From the NCBI GenBank assembly GCA_963763365.1, contig CAVXOE010000010.1, forward strand, positions 30 through 64,029: a stretch of 64,000 nt of DNA, in the 5' to 3' direction. Source of the DNA: an uncultured Alphaproteobacteria bacterium (lineage in GTDB: Bacteria; Pseudomonadota; Alphaproteobacteria; Rhizobiales; Xanthobacteraceae). Position 1 is the stretch's first letter. Each line of letters starts with the position of its first letter. Positions 1 to 9,812 of this stretch are shown piece by piece. The notes under the pieces were generated by a model. The model was given only the letters and a program-made list of their open reading frames with translations. It searched no databases and had not been told where the DNA came from. The position numbers and the translations under genes were made by a program.

Positions 1-4
1 AGCC

Positions 5-90
5 GTCATGCCCGGCCTTGTGCCGGGCATCCACGTCTTTCCGGAGTGAGATGGCGAAGACGTGATGGCCGGGACAAGCCCGGCCATGAC
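5..90. repeat. REP-like composite palindrome, family A (short form)
   Basis: gtcatgcccggccttgtgccgggcatccacgtctt (5-39) faces an imperfect inverted partner, aagacgtgatggccgggacaagcccggccatgac (57-90). The same unit recurs at 20820, 30284 and 54272, and in long form at 4055 and 28183. Confidence 0.85.
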
Positions 91-192
91 GGGATCCCTG
101 CGGCGTTCGCCCCTGTCGACGCAACCGCCCGCGCATGATCCAATAGGCCAAACGACAAGCGGGACAACCGCGACATTCACGGGAGGACGCTC

Positions 193-1182
193 ATGTTCGC
201 CTTCGTCCGATGGTGTTTAGCGGCCGGCGTTGTCCTTTGCGCGCCGAGCCTTGCGCTGGCAGAAAACCCTGCCGCCTATCCGGACCGGCCGATCCGGCTG
301 GTGGTGGCGTTCGTGCCGGGCGGCGCGACCGATACGCTCTCGCGCCAGCTCACCGAGGACCTCAAGGAAGCGCTCGGCCAGCCGGTGATCATCGAGAACC
401 GGCCCGGCGCCAACGGCTATCTCGCCTGGAACTACGTCGCGTCCTCCGACCCCGACGGCTACACCCTGCTGATGGCGGAGAATGCGCTCGGCATCAGCCA
501 GGGGCTGTTCAAGAAATCGGCGTCCTCGTTCGACCCGCTCAAGCAATACGACGCCATCGCGTCGGTGGCGTTTTCGCCGCTCACCTTGGTGGTGGCGAAC
601 AGCGTCAAGGCCAACAGCATGGCCGAGCTGATCGCTCTCTCACGCACCGTGCCGAAGAAGATGAACTATGCATCCGCCGGCGTCGGCAGCGTGTCGCATC
701 TCACCTGGGAGGTGATCCGCGACGGCGCCGGCATCGACACCGTGCATGTGCCCTACAAAGGCGGCGGGCAGGCGATGGGCGACATCATCGCCGGCCATGT
801 CGAGATGAACATGGCGGCGGTGTCGGTGGCGAAGCCTCTGGTCGAGAGCGGAAAGATCAGGGCGCTGGTGGTGACCGGCGATCAGCGTTCGCCGGCGCTG
901 CCCGATGTTCCGACCTTGAAAGAGGCCGGTGTCAAGACCGAGAACGTCGATCTGCGCTTCTGGTATGGATTGTTCGGCCCGAAAGGCATCCCGGATGCGG
1001 TGAAGGCCAAGATCGAAAAGGCGGTCGCGACCGTGATGGCATCGCCGAACGTGCGCGCGCGGCTCGCCAAGCTCGACATCACCCCGGACTTTGCGCCCGG
1101 CCCCGTGATGCGCAGCAAGCTCGAGAACGAGATCACCAACTGGACCAAGTTCATCGACGCGCACGGCATCAAGGCGGAATGA
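193..1182 (+). CDS. Bug/TctC-family periplasmic tripartite tricarboxylate transporter substrate-binding protein
   Basis: 329 aa. Signal peptide MFAFVRWCLAAGVVLCAPSLALA. Family hallmarks RLVVAFVPGGATDTLSRQL, ENRPGANG, PDGYTLL, YKGGGQAMGDIIAGHVEM. gggagga lies 5 nt upstream of the ATG. Confidence 0.9.
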   Translation: MFAFVRWCLAAGVVLCAPSLALAENPAAYPDRPIRLVVAFVPGGATDTLSRQLTEDLKEALGQPVIIENRPGANGYLAWNYVASSDPDGYTLLMAENALGISQGLFKKSASSFDPLKQYDAIASVAFSPLTLVVANSVKANSMAELIALSRTVPKKMNYASAGVGSVSHLTWEVIRDGAGIDTVHVPYKGGGQAMGDIIAGHVEMNMAAVSVAKPLVESGKIRALVVTGDQRSPALPDVPTLKEAGVKTENVDLRFWYGLFGPKGIPDAVKAKIEKAVATVMASPNVRARLAKLDITPDFAPGPVMRSKLENEITNWTKFIDAHGIKAE

Positions 1183-1257
1183 AGCCGCGCTAAGACATCG
1201 ATGACGAACAAAAAATCGGTTAGGAGAGGACCGCACGCGGAGCGGCGGATGCGGTTT

Positions 1258-1358
1258 GCTCCCTCTCCCATAAGGAGAGGGCTGGGGTGAGGGGTTAAGG
1301 TCTATCGATGGAATTGGTCCCCCCTCACCCCAACCCTCTCCCCGTTGGGGAGAGGGAG
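1258..1358. repeat. Palindromic repeat, family C (ccctctcc...ggagaggg type), double hairpin
   Basis: Hairpins ccctctcccataaggagaggg (1261-1281) and ccctctccccgttggggagaggg (1334-1356). They are bracketed by ctggggtgagggg / cccctcaccccaa. Lies 3' of the Bug gene. Confidence 0.8.
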
Positions 1359-1408
1359 TCCACCGAGCTTGCGGTTAGGGCAGACTGGATCATCAGCAGC
1401 GAGTTAAG

Positions 1409-1888
1409 ATGACTGAACGCCACACCTTCATCGTCAACGGCAAGTCTGTTCGCGTCGACACCGACGGCACGAAGCCGCTGCTGGCGGTGCTGCGCGACGA
1501 GCTTGCGCTGCGCGGCAGCCGGTTTGGCTGCGGCACCGAGCAGTGCGGCGCCTGCATGGTGTTGATCGACGGCAAGCCGGAATATTCCTGCGCGCGTGAG
1601 GTGGCCTCGGTCGCCGGCCGCAACATCACGACGGTCGAGGGATTGGCGCAGAACGGAGAGTTGCACCCGTTACAGCAAGCCTTTCTCGACGAGCAGGCCG
1701 GGCAATGCGGCTACTGCCTCGCCGGCATTCTGATCTCGGCTTCGGCACTGCTGGCGCGCAATCCCAAGCCCACGCGCACCGACATCATCACCGCGCTCGA
1801 CCCGCACCTCTGCCGCTGCGGTATGCACAACCGGGTGATCCGCGCGGTTGAGCGCGGCGCCACCGCCATGGCGGGGGCGCCGGCATGA
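1409..1888 (+). CDS. (2Fe-2S)-binding small subunit of a xanthine-dehydrogenase-family molybdenum hydroxylase (IorA/CoxS type)
   Basis: 159 aa. Two [2Fe-2S] cysteine clusters: GCGTEQCGACMV, and GYCLAG...CRCGMH. Confidence 0.9.
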   Translation: MTERHTFIVNGKSVRVDTDGTKPLLAVLRDELALRGSRFGCGTEQCGACMVLIDGKPEYSCAREVASVAGRNITTVEGLAQNGELHPLQQAFLDEQAGQCGYCLAGILISASALLARNPKPTRTDIITALDPHLCRCGMHNRVIRAVERGATAMAGAPA

Positions 1889-4008
1889 TCTCGAATACGC
1901 TGCCGCAGAGCCTGATCGACAATCCGATCCTGTCGCAATGGGTCACGTTCGAGGAGCATGGCCGCGTCCGCGTCGGCAGCGGCAAGGTCGAGATCGGGCA
2001 GGGCATCCTCACCGCGCTCACGCAGATTGCCGCCGAGGAACTCGATCTCGCCTTCGAGCAGGTGCGGCTCGTGTCAGGGGAGACCGACGTCAGCCCGGCG
2101 GAAGGCTTCACCTCGGGCAGCTACTCGGTCGCGGTCGGCGGCGCGTCGATCCGGCTGGTCTGCGCCGAGGTGCGTTCGCTGTTTCTCGATCGCGCCGCCG
2201 GCAAGCTCGGCTGCAAGCCCAGCGAGCTTGCGGTCGCGGACGGAAAATTCCTGCACGCCGGGAAAGAGACCGGGCACGACTACTGGTCGCTCGCCGGCGA
2301 AGTCGTGCTGGAGCGACGGGCGAGCGGCACTGCGCCGGTCAAGCGGCCGTCGAGCTACCGCATCGTCGGGCGCAGCGTGCCGAGGGTCGATCTGCCGGCG
2401 AAGGTCGCGGGTGCTGCCTTCATTCATGACATCGTGCCGGACGGCGTCGTGCATGCCCGGGTGCTGCGGCAGCCATGGCGCCGCGCGCGCCTCGTCACGT
2501 TCGACGAGCAGACGGTGCAGCGCGCCGCCAGGGCGCCGATCGACATTCTGCGCGAGGGTGATTTCGTCGCCTTCACGGCGGAGAGCGAGATCGCGGTGAT
2601 GCGCGCCGCCGAAGCCGCGCGCGTGCATGCCCGGTGGGATGGCGGCGAACCTGCGCCCGACAACATCGGCGAGCCCGACTGGCTCAAGGCGCAGCCGTCG
2701 CGCGATCGCACGGTGGAAACCGGGCATCCGGGCCAGGCCGGAAACGGCCGCGTGGTCGAGGCGACCTACAGCCGGCCATTTCTGACGTACGCATCAATCG
2801 GCCCAGCCTGCGCACTCGCCGAGTTCAAGGACGGCGCGCTGAAGGTCTGGTCGCATACGCAAGGCCCGGCCGTGCAGCGTGACTGGCTCGCCCGCGCGCT
2901 CGGGCTTGCGGCCGCGCAGGTGACGGTGTTCCACCGCCAGGGCGCCGGCGCCTATGGACACAACACCGCGGACGACGCCGCCTTCGACGCGTCCGTCATC
3001 GCGATGCGGATGCCGGGCAAGACCATCCGGGTGCAATGGTCGCGCGAGGATGAATTCACCGGCGCGCCGATCAGCACCGCGATGGCGATCGGACTGCGCG
3101 CGGTACTCGACGCCAACCACAAGCCGGTGGATTGGACCATCGAAATATGGAGCGGCCCGCACGCCCAGCGTCCAGGTATGAACGGCAACTCCAATTTCAT
3201 CGGCGTCGAGGCGCTGCCCAATCCGCCGCGCCAGAACGCGCTCGGCGACGTTCCGGACGACCGTGGCGGCGGCGCGACCCGCAACGCCTATCCGATCTAT
3301 GACCTGCCGCGCCATCGCCTGATCCATCATCTCCTGCCGCAACTGCCGCTACGAACGTCGTCGCTGCGCGGTCTCGGCGCCTGGGCCAACGTGTTCGCGA
3401 TCGAGTCGTTCATCGACGAACTGGCGGAGATCGCGGGCGAGGACCCGGTGAGCTACCGGCTCGCGCTGCTGTCCGATCCGCGTGCGCGGCGTGTGGTCGA
3501 GATGGCGGCCGAGATGAGCGGCTGGTTCGAACAGCCGAAATTCCGCGACGGCGTGGCGCGCGGCTTCGGCTTCGCGCGCTACAAGAACATCGCCTCGTTC
3601 GCCGCCGTGGTGGCGGAGGTCGAGGTCGAGGAGGAAGTGCGGCTCAGGCGCGTGTGGTGTGCCGCCGACGCCGGCCTCGTGATCTCGCCCGATGGAGCGA
3701 GGAATCAACTCGAAGGTGGCATCATCATGGGCGCGAGTTTCGTGATGAAGGAGCGCGTGCGCTTCGAGGGCGGCAAGGTCGCTGCCACCAAATGGGAGGA
3801 CTATCCGATCCTGCGCTTCTCGGAGGTGCCGGAGATCGAGATCAATGTCATCGACCGGCCGGACGAGCCGACGCTCGGCCTGGGCGAGGCCTCGGTCGGG
3901 CCGACCGGGGCGGCGATCGGCAACGCGGTGGCGCGCGCGCTCGGCAAACGCATCCGCCACCTGCCGCTCACGCGCGACCGCATCATGGCGGCGCTGCTGG
4001 AAGAATAA
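1885..4008 (+). CDS. Molybdopterin-binding subunit of an IorB-type aldehyde/isoquinoline oxidoreductase
   Basis: 707 aa. ATGA start/stop overlap with the Fe-S subunit gene. Family-typical segments VEIGQGILTALTQIAAEELD and GLGEASVGPTGAAIGNAV. Confidence 0.85.
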   Translation: MISNTLPQSLIDNPILSQWVTFEEHGRVRVGSGKVEIGQGILTALTQIAAEELDLAFEQVRLVSGETDVSPAEGFTSGSYSVAVGGASIRLVCAEVRSLFLDRAAGKLGCKPSELAVADGKFLHAGKETGHDYWSLAGEVVLERRASGTAPVKRPSSYRIVGRSVPRVDLPAKVAGAAFIHDIVPDGVVHARVLRQPWRRARLVTFDEQTVQRAARAPIDILREGDFVAFTAESEIAVMRAAEAARVHARWDGGEPAPDNIGEPDWLKAQPSRDRTVETGHPGQAGNGRVVEATYSRPFLTYASIGPACALAEFKDGALKVWSHTQGPAVQRDWLARALGLAAAQVTVFHRQGAGAYGHNTADDAAFDASVIAMRMPGKTIRVQWSREDEFTGAPISTAMAIGLRAVLDANHKPVDWTIEIWSGPHAQRPGMNGNSNFIGVEALPNPPRQNALGDVPDDRGGGATRNAYPIYDLPRHRLIHHLLPQLPLRTSSLRGLGAWANVFAIESFIDELAEIAGEDPVSYRLALLSDPRARRVVEMAAEMSGWFEQPKFRDGVARGFGFARYKNIASFAAVVAEVEVEEEVRLRRVWCAADAGLVISPDGARNQLEGGIIMGASFVMKERVRFEGGKVAATKWEDYPILRFSEVPEIEINVIDRPDEPTLGLGEASVGPTGAAIGNAVARALGKRIRHLPLTRDRIMAALLEE

Positions 4009-4054
4009 ATATTCCAAGGGAGGAATTCATGGCACCCATCGTGCACCTCGCTCC

Positions 4055-4180
4055 GTCATGCCCGGCAACGCGGTCAAGCTTGCGCAGACCGCGTAAACTT
4101 GTCTGCGCGTCCCGGGCACCCACGCCTTCCTTCCTTGCGCGGGCAAAGACGTGGATGGCCGGGACAAGCCCGGCCATGAC
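4055..4180. repeat. REP-like composite palindrome, family A (long form with nested insert)
   Basis: The outer arms gtcatgcccgg... and ...gtggatggccgggacaagcccggccatgac enclose caagcttgcgcag-gcgtaaacttg-ctgcgcg. Same architecture as 28183-28303. Confidence 0.85.
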
Positions 4181-4181
4181 G

Positions 4182-5169
4182 ATGGAGAGAGGGCGATGCG
4201 TACGATTGCTCGCAGCAAGCGCAGCATTCGCGCTTGTGACACTGGCCCCGCAGCCATCCGCCGCGCAGGAGCTGCAATCCGGAAAACCGATCCGCGTCAT
4301 CGTCGGGCTGGCGGCGGGTGGCGCTACTGACGTGATGGCGCGCCTGATGGCGCAGAAGATGAGCGAGAACCTTCGCACCACCGTGTTCGTTGAGAACAAG
4401 GCGGGCGGCAATTTCATTCCGGCGCTGCGCGAGCTCACCGGCTCGCCGCCGGACGGCCATACGCTGTTCTTCATCTCGACCAGCACGCTGATCACGCAGC
4501 CGCTGCACCAGGGCTATCCGTTCGATCTCACGGCGCTCACGCCGGTCACCCAGGTCGCGACCGGGCCGCTGATCCTGGTGGTGCGCAACGATCTCGGCGT
4601 GAAGAGCGTGCGCGAACTCATCGACGCGCGCCAAGCAGAATCCCGGCAAGCTTTCGTTCGGTGCCGGCGGCGGCACCGGCAGCTCGCTCTATTTCGCCAC
4701 GGAACTGCTGAAGGCGAAGACCGGCATCAAGCTCACCATCGTCAACTATCGCGGCGCCGGGCCGGCGCTCAACGATCTGCTCGGCGGCCACATCGACGGC
4801 ATGTTCGATGCCATGCCCGTCATGGTCACGCAGGCCAAGGCCGGCAAGGTCACGCCGCTCGCCGTCACCAGCGCCAAGCGCTCCTCCGCGCTGCCCGACG
4901 TGCCGACCATCATGGAATCGGGCGTGCCGAACTACGAGATGCCCGGCTGGTTCGGCATTCTCGCGCCCGCCGGAACGCCGCCCGCCATCGCGCAGCGCTT
5001 GCGTGACGAGGTGGCGAAAGCCGTCGCCGCGCCCGACGTGGTGGCGACGCTCGACCAGCAGGGCATGCTGCCGCTTGCCACCCAGCCCGACGAATGGCGC
5101 GCCTATTTGAAATCGGAACTCGCCACCTATACGCAGATCATCAAGGACGCGAATATCAAGCCGGAGTGA
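4182..5169 (+). pseudogene. Bug/TctC-family substrate-binding protein, reading frame broken once (net +1 near 4629)
   Basis: The N-terminal 149 codons (signal, IRVIVGLAAGGATDVMARL, ENKAGGN, PDGHTLF ... VRELIDA) are in phase 0. The continuation AKQNPGKLSFGAGGGTGSS...NYRGAGPALNDLLGGHIDGMF...IKDANIKPE is in phase 1. Skipping one base at about 4629 restores a full-length protein. Confidence 0.8.
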
Positions 5170-5218
5170 CTTGAGCTGGCGCCTTGTTAAGCAATGGTGT
5201 GCGACGGCGGCGGTCGGC

Positions 5219-5245
5219 TCCCTCTCCCCGAAGGGGAGAGGGAGT
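5219..5245. repeat. Palindromic repeat, family C, single hairpin (terminator-like)
   Basis: ctccctctccccgaaggggagagggag, located 50 nt 3' of the Bug pseudogene stop. Confidence 0.75.
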
Positions 5246-5291
5246 GCACTGCCAACGCTTTACGATCATCGAATCATCGAGGTAGCCCTGC

Positions 5292-6455
5292 ATGCCCAAT
5301 CGCGGCCCTTGGATCGACCACTTCGGCGACAACTTCCTGTGGTCGAATGCCACGCTCATTCTCAAGGGCATGGCGCCCTACGGCGTCGTGTCACTGGAAG
5401 AGATGGACCGCGCCTGCGAAAAGCTGCGTGCACGCGAAGGCGAGGCCGATCGCGGCAAGGCCTGGTTCGAGGAGTGGCGCACGCTCGGCGACCTGATCGA
5501 GAAGCGCGGCGACGAGGCGCTGGCCAAAGGCCGCAAGGTCACGGCTGGCGATTACTACCTGCGCGCCGGCATCTACCACTACAACGCCGAGCGCTTCATC
5601 GTGCCGGGGCCCGAGAAGAAGCAGCAGGGCGCGCACGCCTACAAGGTGTGGCACCAGGGCATCCGCCTGCGCTATCCGGACGTGGAGTTCATCGAGGTGC
5701 CCTACGAGGGCACGACCTTGCCCGCACTCTTGATGAAATCGACCGAGCCCGGCCCGCGCCCGACCGTGGTCGTGCTCAACGGCATGGACAACGCCAAGGA
5801 GATGAGCATCTTCTTCTGCGGCCTCGAGTTCGCGCGCCGCGGATTCAACACGCTCTGCCTCGACGGGCCCGGCATGGGCGAAACGCGCCGCATGCGCGAC
5901 ATGCCGAGCCGGTACGACTACGAAGTGCCGGGCACGGCCGCGCTCGAATATCTGCTGAAGCGGCCGGAGGTCGACGGCAAGCGCGTCGCCATCATGGGCT
6001 ACAGCTTCGGCGGCTATTACTCGTCGCGCGTCGCCGCGTTCGAGAAACGCTACGCCGCCTGCATCGCGCTCTCCGCGCTGCATTGGGACCTCGCGGCGTG
6101 GCAGCAGAAGATCAAGGATGCCAACAAGAACAAGCCCGGCTCGGTGGCACAGTCGAACTTCCAGTGGCGCTGGGTCGCGGGCGCGAAGGATGAGGACGAA
6201 GGTATCGAGATCGCGAAGAAATTCTCGCTCAAGGACGTGGCGAAGAATATCGCCTGTCCGTTTCTGGTCACGCATGCCGGCAACGACCGCGTGGTGCCGG
6301 TCGAGAACGCGCAGAAGCTCTACGACGCGGTCGGCTCGAAGAACAAGACCATCAAGATATTCACGACCGACGAGGGCGGCGCCGAGCACGCGCATGTCGA
6401 CAATCGTCAGGTCGGCATCGATTTCGCCGCGGACTGGCTGCAGGAGAATTTGTAG
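5292..6455 (+). CDS. Alpha/beta hydrolase (2,6-dihydroxypseudooxynicotine-hydrolase-like C-C/ester hydrolase family)
   Basis: 387 aa. Nucleophile elbow IMGYSFGGYY (G-x-S-x-G). The overall layout resembles the DHPON-hydrolase-type alpha/beta fold. Family placement is from memory. Confidence 0.65.
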   Translation: MPNRGPWIDHFGDNFLWSNATLILKGMAPYGVVSLEEMDRACEKLRAREGEADRGKAWFEEWRTLGDLIEKRGDEALAKGRKVTAGDYYLRAGIYHYNAERFIVPGPEKKQQGAHAYKVWHQGIRLRYPDVEFIEVPYEGTTLPALLMKSTEPGPRPTVVVLNGMDNAKEMSIFFCGLEFARRGFNTLCLDGPGMGETRRMRDMPSRYDYEVPGTAALEYLLKRPEVDGKRVAIMGYSFGGYYSSRVAAFEKRYAACIALSALHWDLAAWQQKIKDANKNKPGSVAQSNFQWRWVAGAKDEDEGIEIAKKFSLKDVAKNIACPFLVTHAGNDRVVPVENAQKLYDAVGSKNKTIKIFTTDEGGAEHAHVDNRQVGIDFAADWLQENL

Positions 6456-6491
6456 TTCGATCGGATGCAGCCGCAAGCGGAATGCGGGTGA

Positions 6492-6524
6492 TTGTGCCCT
6501 CTCCCACAAGGGGAGAGGGCACAA
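6492..6524. repeat. Palindromic repeat, family C, single hairpin between convergent genes
   Basis: ttgtgccctctcccacaaggggagagggcacaa. Sits between the stop codons at 6455 (+) and 6545 (-). Confidence 0.8.
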
Positions 6525-6544
6525 TAACGCCATGGCTATGCGTG

Positions 6545-7036
6545 TCACGCGCGCGGATTGCCTAAGGCCTCCAGCAGCAGATCGAGCGCGGCTATCGAGA
6601 ACGCCCGCATGTTGGCGACGCGGTCGGCACTACCGGTCTCCAGCGTGATGACGCGTTCGCTCGCGCCCACAACTGCGATGCAGCTATGGCCGGCGGCATC
6701 GCCATAGCGGTTGCCGGTCGGACCTGTTGCGCCACTTTCGGCTAGGGCCCAGGTCGCGCCGAAGCGCTGACGCGCGGTCTGCGCGAGTAGCCGCGCGTAG
6801 GGCTCGGTCGAGGCGCGCATGCCGAGCGCCGTGATGTCCGGCAGGTCGACGAGCACGCGCCGCGCCACCTGCGTGTAGACGACGGCGCCGCCGAGGAAGT
6901 AGGCCGACGCACCCGGCAGCGCCAGCAGGGCCGCCGAGATCAGCCCGCCGGTCGACGATTCGGCCACCACGATCGTCTCGCGGCGCTCCTTCAAGAGACG
7001 GCCGGCCTGCTCGGCGCGCGGTAACAGATCCTGCAT
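6545..7036 (-). CDS. CinA-family protein (PncC-like nicotinamide-nucleotide amidohydrolase domain)
   Basis: The core AESSTGGLISAALLALPGASAYFLGGAVVY is typical of the CinA C-terminal domain. Start moved to the internal Met (MQDLLPRAEQ) because the longer ORF N-terminus looks non-coding. Confidence 0.75.
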   Translation of the reverse strand: MQDLLPRAEQAGRLLKERRETIVVAESSTGGLISAALLALPGASAYFLGGAVVYTQVARRVLVDLPDITALGMRASTEPYARLLAQTARQRFGATWALAESGATGPTGNRYGDAAGHSCIAVVGASERVITLETGSADRVANMRAFSIAALDLLLEALGNPRA

Positions 7037-7171
7037 CGGCAACCTCACTTTCCTCGTCCGGCGCCAGACGTCCGCAACTTGCTCGCGGCTGCGCGCCCCG
7101 CCTATGATGCCGCGGCGCGCGACACCGGGGAGAACAATGGCAAAGAACACTGCAACACAGAAGCGCGAACG

Positions 7172-8371
7172 ATGACCAATTCAAATAATGGTGCGCTCGA
7201 CGGGATACGCGTCGTCGACCTGACCCGCATCCTGGCGGGACCGCTGTGCACGATGATGCTAGGCGACATGGGCGCCGACGTGATCAAGATCGAGCCGCCG
7301 ACCGGTGACGATACGCGGCGCTGGGGCCCGCCGTTCGCGGGCGACGATGCCGCCTACTTCCTCGGCATCAACCGCAACAAGCGCTCGCTCACGCTCAACA
7401 TGGCGGTGGCGGAGGGCCAGAAGATTCTCTCAGGCCTGATCGAGAAGGCCGACGTGCTGATCGACAACTTCCGCATCGGCACGCTGGAGAAATGGGGCTT
7501 CACGGAAGCCTGGTTCGAGGCTCACGCGCCGCGGCTCGTGCGCTGTTCGATCACCGGCTACGGCACCAGCGGCCCGCGCGCGGCGCTGCCCGGCTACGAC
7601 TTCATCCTGCAGGCCGAGTCGGGTCTCATGAGCATTTGCGGCGAACCCGGCGGCGTGCCGACCAAATACGGCGTCGCGATCGTCGATGTCTGCACCGGCA
7701 TGCTGGCGTCGAACGCGATCCTCGCGGCGATCCTCGCCCGCCACCGCACCGGCAGAGGCCAGAAGGTCGAGCTGTCGCTCTACGAGACGTCGCTGTCGAT
7801 GCTGATCAACGTCGCGCAGAATTATCTCCTCGCCGGCCGTGACGGCGGCCGCTTCGGCAACGGCCATCCCAGCATCGTGCCCTACACCACCTACCAGGCC
7901 GCCGACGCGATGATCGCGATCGGCATCGGCAACGAACGGCAGTTCTCGCGCTGCGCCGAGGTGCTCGGGCATCCCGAATGGGCACAGGATGAGCGCTACA
8001 ACAGCAACCGCGCACGGGTCGAGAATCGCGTCGACATCGACGGCAAGATCAACGCGGCGCTGTCTCACGACACGGCGGACGCCTGGCTCGGTAAGCTCAT
8101 GGCGGTCGGCGTGCCGTGCGGCAAGATCAACACGGTCGCGCAGGCGCTCGACGACCCGCATACCGAAGCCCGGCGCATGATCGAAACTGTCGAGCACCCG
8201 ACCATCGGCGCGCTACGATTGCTCGGCATCCCGTTCAAGTTTTCCGACACCACCTGCTCGGTGCGGCGCCCGCCGCCGACGCTCGGCCAGCACACCGACG
8301 AGGTCCTGACGCAGGAATTGGGGCTCGACGGCGCCGCCATCGCGGAATTGCGCGCGCACAAGATCGTCTAA
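7172..8371 (+). CDS. CaiB/BaiF family (class III) CoA-transferase
   Basis: N-terminus LDGIRVVDLTRILAGPLCTMMLGDMGADVIKIEPP is the family signature. Start taken at MTNSNNG (7172). Confidence 0.88.
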   Translation: MTNSNNGALDGIRVVDLTRILAGPLCTMMLGDMGADVIKIEPPTGDDTRRWGPPFAGDDAAYFLGINRNKRSLTLNMAVAEGQKILSGLIEKADVLIDNFRIGTLEKWGFTEAWFEAHAPRLVRCSITGYGTSGPRAALPGYDFILQAESGLMSICGEPGGVPTKYGVAIVDVCTGMLASNAILAAILARHRTGRGQKVELSLYETSLSMLINVAQNYLLAGRDGGRFGNGHPSIVPYTTYQAADAMIAIGIGNERQFSRCAEVLGHPEWAQDERYNSNRARVENRVDIDGKINAALSHDTADAWLGKLMAVGVPCGKINTVAQALDDPHTEARRMIETVEHPTIGALRLLGIPFKFSDTTCSVRRPPPTLGQHTDEVLTQELGLDGAAIAELRAHKIV

Positions 8372-8393
8372 GCGCTGACCCCCAAGGGTATCC

Positions 8394-9578
8394 ATGCAGC
8401 GCAGCGCAAAACGAATCCTGACGACCCACACCGGCAGCCTGCCGCGGCCCGCCGATCTCGTCGCGCTGCTCAACGCCAAGGAGCTTGGCGACGCGTACGA
8501 CAAGGCGACGTTCGACACGCGCGTTCGGCGTGCCATCATGGAGGTCATGCGCCAGCAGACCGAAACCGGCATCGACGTGGTCGGCGACGGCGAGCACGGC
8601 AAGTTCAACTGGATGGCGTATGCGCGCGGCCGGCTCGACGGCCTCGCGGAGATCGACAGTCCGGTGCGCTTTCGCACCGCGACGCGCGACTCGATCGAAT
8701 TCGCCGGCGCCTACGAGGACCTGAAGGTCATGCACACGGCGCGCTCCGGGGCACTCGTCGCCAAGCGCACCGCGCGGCCGCGCGCGCTCGTCTGCGCCGG
8801 GCCGATCCGTTACGTGGGGCACGATGAAGTCCGCGCCGATATCGCCAATCTGAAAGCCGCGCTTGCGGGGAGCAAGGTCGAGGAAGCCTTCATGACGGCG
8901 ATCTCGCCGTCGAATCTCGAACTCTATTACGAGAACCGGCACTACGCGTCCGACGAAGAATATCTCGCAGCGCTCGGCGAGGCGATGCGCGAGGAATATC
9001 TCGCCATTGTCGAGGCCGGCTTCCTGCTGCAGATCGACGATCCGCGCATGGCGACCCACTACAATCGCGCGCCGAATGCGTCGGTAGAGGACTGCCGGAG
9101 ATTTATCGCGCTGCGCGTCGAGGCCCTCAACCACGCGCTGCGCGGCATCGCGGAAGACCGCGTACGTTTCCACACCTGCTACAGCGTCAACATCGCGCCG
9201 CGCGTGCACGACTTCGAGCTTCGGCATTTCGTCGACCTGATGCTGAAGATTCGCGCCGGCGCCTACGTGATCGAGGCGGCCAATCCGCGGCACGAGCACG
9301 AGTGGCAGGTGTGGCAGGACGTGACGCTGCCGGACGACAAGATTCTCATCCCCGGCGTGGTGTCGCACTGCGTCCATCTGGTCGAACATCCAGAATTGGT
9401 CGCGCAGCGGATCGCGCGCTTTGCCGGCGTGGTGGGACGCGAGCGGGTGATCGCCGGCACGGATTGCGGGTTCGGCACGTCGGGCGCCGGGGACGAGGTG
9501 CACCCGGATGTCGCCTGGGCGAAGTTGCGAGCCATGGTCGAGGGCGCCCGCATTGCAAGCCAAAGGCTCTGGAACTGA
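8394..9578 (+). CDS. Cobalamin-independent methionine-synthase-like (MetE C-terminal/UROD fold) family protein
   Basis: 394 aa. TTHTGSLPRP near the N-terminus and GTDCGFG near the C-terminus, as in MetE-like family II proteins. Confidence 0.75.
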   Translation: MQRSAKRILTTHTGSLPRPADLVALLNAKELGDAYDKATFDTRVRRAIMEVMRQQTETGIDVVGDGEHGKFNWMAYARGRLDGLAEIDSPVRFRTATRDSIEFAGAYEDLKVMHTARSGALVAKRTARPRALVCAGPIRYVGHDEVRADIANLKAALAGSKVEEAFMTAISPSNLELYYENRHYASDEEYLAALGEAMREEYLAIVEAGFLLQIDDPRMATHYNRAPNASVEDCRRFIALRVEALNHALRGIAEDRVRFHTCYSVNIAPRVHDFELRHFVDLMLKIRAGAYVIEAANPRHEHEWQVWQDVTLPDDKILIPGVVSHCVHLVEHPELVAQRIARFAGVVGRERVIAGTDCGFGTSGAGDEVHPDVAWAKLRAMVEGARIASQRLWN

Positions 9579-9812
9579 GCCGATTCCGGCAAAGGCCGCA
9601 AAACCAAGCCATCGCACGGCCCGACCGACATCCTTTTCCGGTCAGTAAGGTATTGAAAAATAAAGCATAACGCTCGAAATCCCCGATTTCCCCTACAACT
9701 CGCAGGTTGCGGGCGCGGGTGCCACTAAAGAGCCACGGGGTTGGTCAATTCTGGCCGCGAGTTCGGCGCCCTTGAGGGGAGCCCGGGGGGCGGCGGGTGG
9801 TTGGGGGACTTC

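Noticed and set aside
3654-5006. 450-aa plus-strand ORF spanning the end of the Mo-subunit gene, a REP element and the Bug gene
   Set aside because: It is a composite: an out-of-frame read of the IorB-like 3' end, then translation of the REP (…VDGRDKPGHD…), then the genuine Bug N-terminus up to its frame break.
8235-9617. 460-aa minus-strand ORF
   Set aside because: It is antisense shadow of the MetE-like gene, with no motifs and an Arg/His-rich composition.
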